64,000 nucleotides of DNA from Gekko japonicus (Eukaryota). The stretch covers positions 1,800,717 to 1,864,716 of the forward strand of contig NW_015165235.1 in NCBI RefSeq assembly GCF_001447785.1. The letters run 5' to 3'. Below the pieces are notes generated by a model that saw only the letters and a program-made list of their open reading frames with translations, searched no databases and was not told where the DNA came from. Below are positions 1 through 12,300 of this stretch, piece after piece. The translations under genes and the position numbers were made by a program. The first letter of the stretch is position 1. Each line of letters opens with the position of its first letter.

Positions 1-219
1 ATGTCTGGTTTCACAGGATCCACATGAACACAATTCTAGCAGGCTGGAGGGCTGTCTTCATTCATCATTATTTGATAACATCAGATAACACCACTTCACT
101 AAGCATCATCTGATGCGTTTGTATCTAGAGGCAGAGAGAGGGGTGACCAGCCACCAGGGAAAGTAGCAAATCTAAAATGGCTCTGAGTCAGAATATACCA
201 ACAGGCCATGGCTACTCAC

Positions 220-390
220 ATTGGTAGCGGCTGCTCTCAAACTTTGGATCGTTGTCATTCACATCAGCAATGCAAACGGTGATTTGACACACGCCAATCA
301 GTGGTTCTTGAGCTTGATCAGTTGCTGTCACAGAGAGAGTAAATTCCTTCTGCTTCTCTCGATCAAAACTACGAGTTGTAGTGATAACCC
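220..390 (-). CDS. Second, identical copy of cadherin exon 10 (duplication, probably artefactual)
   Basis: Window 1-550 repeats 1519-2068 at an offset of 1518. Confidence 0.55.
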
Positions 391-3300
391 CTAAACAAAA
401 ACACTTTTATGAAGGGAGGCAGAAGAACCTTCTTTGATTGTCACCATCTTTTTCACAAGCCACACATACTGCTCCCCACTTACTCATACTTTTTCCGTTT
501 ACTAAAAGCTTCTCCCTTACAAACTCAGGGCGATTTCGCACTAGAGTTGCCACCCCCAGCTCCAGAATATCGAAATCATAATGCACAAATTCCTCCCTCA
601 TAGCACACTGCTATAAGCACTCAGCTAGAGCAAACAGAAAAAGATATTCCAACTTGTCAAATTTACAGTTATTGGTGTGGGGGGGAAGCAGTTAGCTGCA
701 TTCTTCCTTCTGTTAACTGCTCGCTTGTTTAGTCTGGTGGCAAAAAGGAGCATGCCTACAGCATATGCTATCATATCTATGTTTCCACACATATGGAAAG
801 ACACATGGAAAAGGTGGAGAATAGTTCAGGATAATCAGTCCCAAGATGAATATTCACAACGTATTAAAAATCAAAGCGTACCACTATTTTGGTGTCACGA
901 ACAGTGTTCTCTGGGATCGTTACCCAGTACACGCTTTTCTCCCACTGCGGCAACTGATTAAGTACATTAGTAACAGTGACAGACAGCTCTACACTGCTAC
1001 TCCGGTTCCCTCCATCTGTGGCTATGATGTATCTGTTTATCTGGAATGTCTGCAAAAGAAGTTTGCCATAGTCATTCACTCAAAACCTGAACAATAATTT
1101 GTGAGAACAGATTGCAAAAGTAGATGAAATGGACCGACAGCAGCCAAAAGCTTGAATGTACCTGGGAGAGTAAGTGATTCACATATATCCAGCCAGAGGT
1201 GGGGTTAATTTGGAAATACTCAGGCTCCTGCTGTAACATAGAGTACATGATGACAGCGTTTACCCCTTGGTCATCATCGTGAGCTGCCACACGGAGAAAG
1301 CTTGTTCCCACTGGGGTGTCTTCACGAAGGAAGTCTAGGTAAGTACACAGATTGTTCTCAGCACACATAGTATTATGGGACAAGAAGTATGGTGCTGCCT
1401 CATTGGCTGAAATTATTCACTAGTGGTTGTATCCAACCAACCACTACCAGTACAACATGCACAGGTTTTTCTCAGGGTTCCCATCTCATCACAGTTCCTT
1501 TGGAGTGCTGGAAAGAGGATGTCTGGTTTCACAGGATCCACATGAACACAATTCTAGCAGGCTGGAGGGCTGTCTTCATTCATCATTATTTGATAACATC
1601 AGATAACACCACTTCACTAAGCATCATCTGATGCGTTTGTATCTAGAGGCAGAGAGAGGGGTGACCAGCCACCAGGGAAAGTAGCAAATCTAAAATGGCT
1701 CTGAGTCAGAATATACCAACAGGCCATGGCTACTCACATTGGTAGCGGCTGCTCTCAAACTTTGGATCGTTGTCATTCACATCAGCAATGCAAACGGTGA
1801 TTTGACACACGCCAATCAGTGGTTCTTGAGCTTGATCAGTTGCTGTCACAGAGAGAGTAAATTCCTTCTGCTTCTCTCGATCAAAACTACGAGTTGTAGT
1901 GATAACCCCTAAACAAAAACACTTTTATGAAGGGAGGCAGAAGAACCTTCTTTGATTGTCACCATCTTTTTCACAAGCCACACATACTGCTCCCCACTTA
2001 CTCATACTTTTTCCGTTTACTAAAAGCTTCTCCCTTACAAACTCAGGGCGATTTCGCACTAGAGTTGCCTCGCAGCGCAGCCGCCGTTTGCCCCGACACA
2101 AAGGTTAATTTCACATCCGAGGCTGCGGGGCTGCATTTTGACTCGCGGCTTCACCCGATTTCCTCCGCAGTTTCGTGATCCTGGTTTTTAAGGATCACGA
2201 AACTGCGGAGGAAATCGGGCGAAGCCGCAGGTGAAATGCAGCCCCGCAGCCTCGGGTGTGAAATTAACATGTTTGTGTCGGGGCAAACGGGGCTGCGCTG
2301 CGAGGCAGCTCTAGTGCGAAATCCCCCTCATAGTTACAAAAAAGGGGTCCTTTCCCGTTTCACTCCTCAGTTTGTTTTCCTTCTGTGTCTTAATGACTAA
2401 GAAGCAGACAACTTACTGAAGTTCTCAATCTTCCGGCATGTTTCAAGCCGACTTCTCTTCTTAATGATAAATATAACTGTCACAAAATATAGAAAGTATG
2501 ACAGACATCTGATACAATAACACCAGGAAGAGCAGTTGGCTTGAAATGAATGAAGAGCTTCCATTAACTGGTGTAGCAGAAAGACTAGGAGAATGAGGCC
2601 CCCAGTTCAAATCTTACCCCAGCCACAAATTCACTCAGTGGCCTAAGCAAGCCACTTTCTCTTGTCCTCAGTCTTCCATTCCCAACTGCAAGATGGAGGT
2701 ATAACTATTAACCCTTTCTGGTTCAGTAAGAAATGGCTACTCTAAGAAACAAACTGCTGGACTAGATCAATCAAGTATGGCTGCTTCTACCTGAAACAGG
2801 ATCAATGCTGAAACCTGGTGAAATGCCATCTCTATGCATGAGGCCATACTTCACCTCCCCATTCAATCCCAGGTCTGCATCAAAGGCCTCCACCTGCAAG
2901 ACGTAGGTGCCTGGAGACTGATTTTCCAGCACCCAGGCGCTGTCACTGTAGGAAGCACACTGCAAGAGAAATAATTCGTTAATTACAGGGAACAGCCACA
3001 GAACTGATCAACTGATATCATATCCATGCAGTGCAACCCCAAGAAGAGTTCCATCTTTCTGAGCCCATTGAAGTCATGGGGCTTAGAAGGGTGTAACTCT
3101 TCAGGATGGCACTGCTGGACTCCAAACTAGTCACAATGCAAAGCAAATAGGGGAGATAAGTAAAGACTTCAAAGTCATACAGTTGGGCATATGTTACCAC
3201 TTTCCCTAAAGACCCACTTGAGGTTGGCCAAAGCTATATGACTTCACATTTCCAGCCAAGGAACACAGTACTCTATCCCCTATCAACTGATCAAAAACAT

Positions 3301-6300
3301 GAACAATTTTACAGCAAGCAAGAAAACTTGTGGTCTGTCACCTTACCTCTCTGAAAACAGGCTTGTTGTTGTTGGCGTCATTGATTCCTACAACCACCTC
3401 TGCAAAGCTACTGAGAGATCTGGGTCCCCCAGAGGAATTGTCATCTATAGCAGAGACATTCAAAACATATTGTGGGCCTTTCAATTTAGGCAGAGGGTTT
3501 CTGCGGAGTCTTAGAATCCCTGGATTTAGGAGGGGAGGGAAACCGAAATTAATAACCACAAAAAGAAAAGGCCAACCTGCTCTGTTGGAACATATGGAGA
3601 TATGACTGTGTGACAGAGTGTTGGACTTGACGGGCCATTGGCCTAATCCAACATTGGTTTCTCTTATGTTCTTATAACTAGAGTATTGGCAGGAAAGGCT
3701 TGATTCAGTACTTTGTGTAAGGCCAGGAATTATGCAATGCCATTCAATTTTTTTATGAGAAGACAAGAGCTGCAAGGGGAACAGAAAGTGTGGTATATCA
3801 CTGTGTGATTCTTATTACTTGAGACTTAGGCCATAATCACATACGCACTGAAAAGTGTGGGAAAACTGATATGTAATTGTAAATCTGCCCTACATGGCCA
3901 GAAACTGAATACAAGTCCTAGGAGGCAACACTACTGTTGACCCTCCATAGTAATTGGTCAGCCATTATATGAAACAGGATGCTGGACTAGATGAACCACT
4001 GGTCGGATCCACCAGGGCTCTTCTTATGTTCCTGTCCCCCTCAGGAGGGGGGATCTTTTTCACCCTACCCTCTCCAGACAAGCATGGCTGCCCTTTATTA
4101 TCAGGGCAGGGGATAATGAAGCCCCAGTTAGCCTGGAATTGGAGAAGAAGCAACTTCATTACTGAAAGTTTTCCATTTTCCAAAAACACAGGACCTTTTC
4201 TCCATCCAAGCTGACCTCCTGTAGCCTACACAGCTGTAAGTGATTAATTTACTTATGATTAACACAGTAGTACCTTGGAAGGAAAAACCTTCCAAGGGAA
4301 GAGGAGACCATTTTCTTGGTTAAGCACTCTAGGACTAAAGCCAGGAATCGACAATCTGGATAACCATACAAGTGAATTTTTAGGATTCCAGAAAGAGTGA
4401 TTTTGGAAGGTCAAGACCAAAAAGGTTTCCCTTTCAGAATGGCTACAAGGGAACAAAAAAGCTACGTGGGTCATTACTTCCTAGTACATTAACTCAGTGC
4501 ATAAACTGCTCAAAGAACATGCCTATAAAACTAGGGATGCGCACTCAATATATACCAAGCTGAATAAATACCAAAAAATACCTTATCAGTATTTTTCAGG
4601 TATTTATTCAGCCAAATCAGATTTTCTAATCTGATTCAGCTACCAATCCATCTGAGCTTAATAAAAGCTGATATTAGTTGGCTTTTATTCAGGCTCAGCC
4701 AAAGCAGCACGAGTTCACCCACCTTTCAGGTGAACTCAAACTGCTTCCAGGTTCCTTGTGCACGACTTGGCTTTGCAAAAGTCATTTAAAGGGAAAGTTC
4801 CCTTTAATTGCTTTTGCAAAGCCAAGTTGCGTGCATGTCTTCCCTTCCCTCCCTGAATTGTGCCCCAGTGGGGGCACGCATCAGTGAGAGAAGGGAAGGC
4901 ATTTAAAGTGGCAGCATGCCTGAGCAAAGGAAGGGAAGGTATTTAAAGAGACTGCGGTCTCTTTAAATGCATTCCCTTCCATCGCTAAGGTGTGCCGCTG
5001 CTGCAGCACAACTCGGGGAGGGGAGGGAAAGTATGGACCTGAATAAATTCAGCAATACTGATTATCTTCCAAGTCCCAATATCACAGTGCTATTGGGATT
5101 CGGGATTATCAGTATATACACCAATATTTTGGAGTTTGGTATACCCAAACCTGAAAAATACCGATTTTATTGTGTGCAAACCCCTATATAAAACTATATT
5201 CACATGATATGCAAACGGTACAAAGTTACAAAATTTTCCTACACATACACTAAGGCATAGAGTGAGTCAAGCATGCATGTGACAGAATAGAGGAAGAGGC
5301 CTACCTCTATGCCTCTCTAATTCAAAATTGCCTTCTTCATTACCCCCAGTAATTAAGTACAATACTCCATCTCCATCAGGATCCTTTGCATGGATCGTGG
5401 CCACTAAAGTCCCAGGGCCTGCATCTTCTGAGAGGAAAGTTCTGTAACTGATGCAGAAATCAAGAATTATATAACATTTACTAACATGGTCAACAGTACC
5501 CCATGAATCAATGTTACAAAGATAACTTTATTATGAATTTGACATGATTCCCTTTTCCACCTTAAATGCAGTAAAGAAAAAAAATGGTTTGTAACGTGAC
5601 CTTCCCATGTTGCTAGAATTGCATGCACATTTTTCCAAAGTAGAGCCTGGAGCAATTTATGTTATCAGACAGACAGCATTACATTTTAAGCTTCTTAAGA
5701 ATGGAAGGGAATCCAAACCCAAGTGAACTTTTTAATTAAGCTTAATATTTCAGATTGGCAGGGAGTGTTCACTTATTATATGATTTATGTCTCAACATCC
5801 AGGGGACTNNNNNNNNNNNNNNNNNNNNNNNNNNNNNNNNNNNNNNNNNNNNNNNNNNNNNNNNNNNNNNNNNNNNNNNNNNNNNNNNNNNNNNNNNNNN
5901 NNNNNNNNNNNNNNNNNNNNNNNNNNNNNNNNNNNNNNNNNNNNNNNNNNNNNNNNNNNNNNNNNNNNNNNNNNNNNNNNNNNNNNNNNNNNNNNNNNNN
6001 NNNNNNNNNNNNNNNNNNNNNNNNNNNNNNNNNNNNNNNNNNNNNNNNNNNNNNNNNNNNNNNNNNNNNNNNNNNNNNNNNNNNNNNNNNNNNNNNNNNN
6101 NNNNNNNNNNNNNNNNNNNNNNNNNNNNNNNNNNNNNNNNNNNNNNNNNNNNNNNNNNNNNNNNNNNNNNNNNNNNNNNNNNNNNNNNNNNNNNNNNNNN
6201 NNNNNNNNNNNNNNNNNNNNNNNNNNNNNNNNNNNNNNNNNNNNNNNNNNNNNNNNNNNNNNNNNNNNNNNNNNNNNNNNNNNNNNNNNNNNNNNNNNNN

Positions 6301-9300
6301 NNNNNNNNNNNNNNNNNNNNNNNNNNNNNNNNNNNNNNNNNNNNNNNNNNNNNNNNNNNNNNNNNNNNNNNNNNNNNNNNNNNNNNNNNNNNNNNNNNNN
6401 NNNNNNNNNNNNNNNNNNNNNNNNNNNNNNNNNNNNNNNNNNNNNNNNNNNNNNNNNNNNNNNNNNNGAATCGACAATCTGGATAACCATACAAGTGAAT
6501 TTTTAGGATTCCAGAAAGAGTGATTTTGGAAGGTCAAGACCAAAAAGGTTTCCCTTTCAGAATGGCTACAAGGGAACAAAAAAGCTACGTGGGTCATTAC
6601 TTAATAGTACATTAACTCAGTGCATAAACTGCTCAAAGAACATGCCTATAAAACTAGGGATGCGCACTCAATATATACCAAGCTGAATAAATACCATTTA
6701 TTCAGCCAAATCAGATTTTCTAATCTGATTCGGCTACCAATCCATCTGAGCTTAATAAAAGCTGATATTAGTTGGCTTTTATTCAGGCTCAGCCAAAGCA
6801 GCACGAGTTCACCCACCTTTCAGGTGAACTCAAACTGCTTCCAGGTTCCTTGTGCACGACTTGGCTTTGCAAAAGTCATTTAAAGGGAAAGTTCCCTTTA
6901 ATTGCTTTTGCAAAGCCAAGTTGCGTGCATGTCTTCCCTTCCCTCCCTGAATTGTGCCCCAGTGGGGGCACGCATCAGTGAGAGAAGGGAAGGCATTTAA
7001 AGTGGCAGCATGCCTGAGCAAAGGAAGGGAAGGTATTTAAAGAGACTGCGGTCTCTTTAAATGCATTCCCTTCCATCGCTAAGGTGTGCCGCTGCTGCAG
7101 CACAACTCGGGGAGGGGAGGGAAAGTATGGACCTGAATAAATTCAGCAATACTGATTATCTTCCAAGTCCCAATATCACAGTGCTATTGGGATTCGGGAT
7201 TATCAGTATATACACCAATATTTTGGAGTTTGGTATACCCAAACCTGAAAAATACCGATTTTATTGTGTGCAAACCCCTATATAAAACTATATTCACATG
7301 ATATGCAAACGGTACAAAGTTACAAAATTTTCCTACACGTACACCAAGGCATAGAGTGAGTCAAGCATGCATGTGACAGAATAGAGGAAGAGGCCTACCT
7401 CTATGCCTCTCTAATTCAAAATTGCCTTCTTCATCACCCCCAGTAATTAAGTACAATACTCCATCTCCATCAGGATCCTTTGCATGGATAGTGGCCACTA
7501 AAGTCCCAGGGCCTGCATCTTCTGAGAGGAAAGTTCTGTAACTGATGCAGAAATCAAGAATTATATAACATTTACTAACATGGTCAACAGTACCCCATGA
7601 ATCAATGTTACAAAGGTAACTTTATTATGAATTTGACATGATTCCCTTTTCCACCTTAAATGCAGTAAAGAAAAAAAATGGTTTGTAACGTGACCTTCCC
7701 ATGTTGCTAGAATTGCATGCACATTTTTCCAAAGTAGAGCCTGGAGCAATTTATGTTATCAGACAGACAGCATTACATTTTAAGCTTCTTAAGAATGGAA
7801 GGGAATCCAAACCTGAGTGAACTTTTTAATTAAGCTTAATATTTCAGATTGGCAGGGAGCGTTCACTTATTATATGATTTATGCCTCAACATCGAGGGGA
7901 CTAACCATGCTTAAACCCAGGGGTCATTTCCTGCGGGAGCACACAGGAGCGGAGCTCTGGCAGTAAGGAGCCCAGGGGGCGGGCACATGCAAAACAAGCC
8001 CCAACAAGTAGAGCTCCCAGAAGCCCTCAGTCGGGCCAGGAGGAGCAAGAAGCAGCCAGGTAAGTTGCAGAGCCCCCCCCCCNNNNNNNNNNNNNNNNNN
8101 NNNNNNNNNNNNNNNNNNNNNNNNNNNNNNNNNNNNNNNNNNNNNNNNNNNNNNNNNNNNNNNNNNNNNNNNNNNNNNNNNNNNNNNNNNNNNNNNNNNN
8201 NNNNNNNNNNNNNNNNNNNNNNNNNNNNNNNNNNNNNNNNNNNNNNNNNNNNNNNNNNNNNNNNNNNNNNNNNNNAAACCATCCAGTGGAGCCTGAGCGG
8301 TGGGTGTTGCCTTCTGACACACTTCTGGTGATGTCAGGGGGTGTGGCATATGCAAATAAGTTATGTTAATGACCTCCTGCACCTCTTTTTCTACAAAATG
8401 ACCCCTGCTAAAACCTACCCACGCCATTAGAAATTTTATACATTCTACAATGTGCAATATGACTACACAACTGGAATGAGACCAGCCAATTGAAAACCCA
8501 GAGTGCGCTTTGCCACTCACCTTCCAGTTGCCATCCTGTTGCATACTGCACAACCTTTTCTTAAGTGATACTCCCAAATGCCATCTATCAGTATTCAGTG
8601 GCCCATATGCTACATATATTGGGTTGGATCCACCAGAATGGAAGGATTTTCTCCTGCAGAGTATTATTTTCTCATCCAGCCCCCCATACACACTTCTATC
8701 AGCAGAAATGCTCAGACAGATCCATGCCACTGTGTGCACCAGCCACTACATTTAAATGACTTGCATTCGTGTGGCTCATTAATCATGTTTTGCATGAACC
8801 AAACTTCCTTTTTGCTTCTGTGCTATCTATCTTCTTTAAAAATACTTTGTGTGTGTGTGTATGTGTGCACATGCATGCTTGCATGCCTGGAAGTCATGAT
8901 GATAACTGGTGACCCCTACTGGGGTTTGGACGTTTCAGAGAGGTAGCTTGATTGCCTCTGCATCCCAAGCCCTGGTATTCCTTGGAGGTCTCCCTTCCAA
9001 TTACTTGCCAGGGTCGGCCCCGCAGGGCCATGCTATCTACCTTTTGTGTTTTTATCACACCCTTCTCCCAAGGAGCACAGAGCTGCCTACATGATGACTC
9101 TCCATTCCTCATTTGGTGGTCACAACAACCCTCTGGGATAGGTTAAGCTAAGAGTAACTGGCCCAAGGTCGCCTAACAAGCTTCTTGACAGAGTGGGAAA
9201 CTGAACCTGGGTCTTCCAGATCCTAGTGCTCAAATGTCATAACGGCTCTCAGTTTCTGAAGCTGGCCTAACAAAGGAAGTACCATATTTTTAAGGATGTT

Positions 9301-12300
9301 ACTTTTCAAAAAAACAGATTTCACAACCAATTTGTGAAACGTGGCTTAAAGAAAATACACACCAGTCTTGGATATGCAGGCTAATTTAGATCTAATACTT
9401 TAGGGCTAAGTGCCTATCAACTATTCTCAACTCTCCAATTAGTACTATTAGTTTAGTAAGGATGCATATCTGCTACATAAGAACATACGGACATACGAAA
9501 AGCCTGCTGGATCAGACCAATGGTCGACCTAGTAGAACATCTGGTCTCTCACAGTGGCCACCTGTTCCTCTGGATGGCCAACAACAGGGCATAGAGGCTG
9601 AGGCCTTCCCCTAATGTTGCCTCCTCGCTCTGGGATTCAGATTGATTAATTAAATAGTACCGGCCCCAATACAGATCCTTATGTGACCCCACTGCTTACT
9701 TCCCTTCATTGTGAGAACTGTCCATTGATTCCTACTCTTTGCTTCCTGTCTTTTACCCGTTTTTAATCCATAAGAGAACTGTCCTCTTATCCCAGGACTG
9801 CTAAATTTATTCAGGAGTCTTTGGTGATGTACCTTGTCAAAAGCCTTCTGAAAGTCCAAGTATATAATGTCTACTGAGTCAACGTTGTCTACATGCTTCT
9901 TCACTTTCTCAAAGAACTCCAGAAGGTTAGTGAGGCAGGGCTTCACTTTGCAGAAGCCATGTTGATTTTCCTTTAGCAAGCTGTGTCCCTTTATGTGTCT
10001 AACAATTCTACCTTTGAACACAGTTTCTACTAATTTGGCTGGGATGTTAGGCTGACTGGCCTGTAATTTCCTGGTTCCCCTCTGGATCCCTTTTTAAAAA
10101 CTGTTGTCACATTTGCTACTCTCCAGTCATCTGGTACAGCGGCTGAATTTAGTGATAGGTTACATAAGCAGGTTAGTAGATCAATGATCTCACAACCAAG
10201 TTCCTTAAGAATCCTTGGATGTATGCCATCAGGACCTGGAGACTTATCAGTTTTTAATTTCCCCAGTAGGTCTAGAATTTCATCTCCGGACACCTCAATT
10301 TGACTCAGTTCTTCAGACTCCCTTCCTAAAAATAGGGCCTGTGGCATGGATACTTGCCCCACACTTTCCACAGAGAACACAGAAGCAAAAAAGTCAAAGT
10401 CATTGAGCTTCTCTGCCATCTCCCCATCTTCCTTTAGCAATCCCTTGATTCCTTTGTCATCTAAAGGCCCCACTGTTTCTCTAGCTGGTTTCCTGCTCTG
10501 GATATATTTTTTAAAAAATGTTTATTGTTTGTCTTGGTGCTTTTACCAACCTACTTCTCAAAATCTCTTTTTGCATGCCTAATTATTGACATTTCTTTTG
10601 ACTGAGCCTGTGGTCCCTACTGTTCAATTCATTGGGGCAGATCTTCCACTTTTTAAAAGAAACCTCTTCACTTTTTATAGCTTACTTGACTTTCATTGTT
10701 AACCACACAGGCCTTCTTTTAGATTTGGCAGTGCCTTTCCTCACCCGAGGAATGCATTCTATTTGAGTGTTGATTATGAGGTTTTAAATAGCTTCCAAGC
10801 ATCCTCTAGGGTTTTGACTATCTTGTGTTTCCCCTTCAGCTTCCTTTTTAGTATTCCCCTCATTTTTAAAAAAGTTCCCTGTTTTGAAATCAAATGTTAC
10901 CATTCGGGACTTTAGGGGTAACCTTCCACTGATCTGAATGCTGAACTTAACAGCACTGTGATCACTGTTCCCAACTGGTGTACATCTCTACTATGCAGGA
11001 AGACTACCTGCTGTTAAGTGAAGATCTACACAAAAGAGAAAGCTCTGCTTACACAGCTTGGGAGAAGACTGGGGCTTCATCATTCACATTTGTCATATGA
11101 ATGCGCACTGAGGCAGTGCCTGTCCGAGGAGGATGCCCTTTGTCCACAGCGATGACCACAAATTCATACATGTGGTTTTCTCGTTCAAAGTTCAGTCGCT
11201 GGTTGGAACTGATGGCACCCTCAGGTGTGATAGAAAAATCCACACTTTGAACAAAATAGAGGACCTCCGAGTTGGATCCAGAGTCGCAGTCAGTTGCAAG
11301 AACTAGAGCCGGGAACATTTGGAAACAGAAAATAATTAAGACAGCTTGGCTGGACCTTAGTATTGTATGGGCAAGGCTAGTCAACCCACATTAAACACCT
11401 TTTTCTGCAGCAGTATTTGGAAGAGGCTTCACTGCATTTCATTCAGACTTATTTCTTTCTAATATGGTGTGGACACAACACAGGTCCCGGTCACACGGGC
11501 TGGAAAATGCAGGGGGGGGGAGCATGGCTGTTTGCCCCGGAGCAAAATAACGCACGGCCACCCGATCACACGTCCTGTCGAGGTCCCGTGGTTAGGGGGT
11601 GAGGTGCCGATCACACAGCTATCCTGCAGCGCGGCAAAGAAGCGTTGCAGTGCGATCACACCAGCAATCGCGAGGCACCGCTTCCGCGGCAAATGGGATT
11701 TTTTTGTTTGTCTCACCGAAGTTTGCGCATGTGCATGATTGTTTGTGCACATACTGTGGGGACTTAAAACCATCCGGTTTGCAAGGGGACATGGGCGGGC
11801 ACCGGATGCCACGGGATTCCAGCAGAAACGCAATCAGACGCCTGCCCTTCCGCGTTTTCCAGAAACCAGTACATTGTAAGTACTAGTTTTTTACTCCGCG
11901 TCTTCGGCGGGAAGCCACAGGTTAGCCACGGGAGCACTATGCTTCCCAGATGTTGCGGTCTGATCGCACCCGGAAAATCCGCCTATCATCCGTATCTTTA
12001 GCGCGGCAAATGCTCCGTATGAACAGGGCCAGAGTTGCACAATCAGTTTCTGCACTGACTGGCCAGCACAACGAGTAACAACTGCAATGCTTTCCCCAAA
12101 AAGCAGTCTTGCAAGTCTTGTTTCAGTTTTTAAAAATAAACAAATAAATGACCATGTTAAAAGTTATAAAAAGGAGTGGACGGCTAGACAGAAGAATGGG
12201 GAGCAAGAGAGAGGAGGGTTCCACCTCATGTAGCAACTATTTTGTTGCTGTGCCCACCATGCTGTCAGAATTCCAAATGTGCCCACAGCATCAGCATTTG

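Larger units (their letters stand above)
1..2068. repeat. Direct duplication: 1-550 = 1519-2068
   Basis: Copies identical by eye; the left copy is cut by the window edge. Confidence 0.95.
4345..7902. repeat. Tandem duplication flanking an N-gap: 4345-5808 vs 6468-7902
   Basis: About a dozen substitutions plus a 29-bp indel; gap 5809-6467 lies between the copies. Confidence 0.95.

Noticed and set aside
5723-6597. ORFs of 230-270 aa (and similar ones at 8 kb, 43 kb and 48 kb)
   Set aside because: They run through N-gaps.
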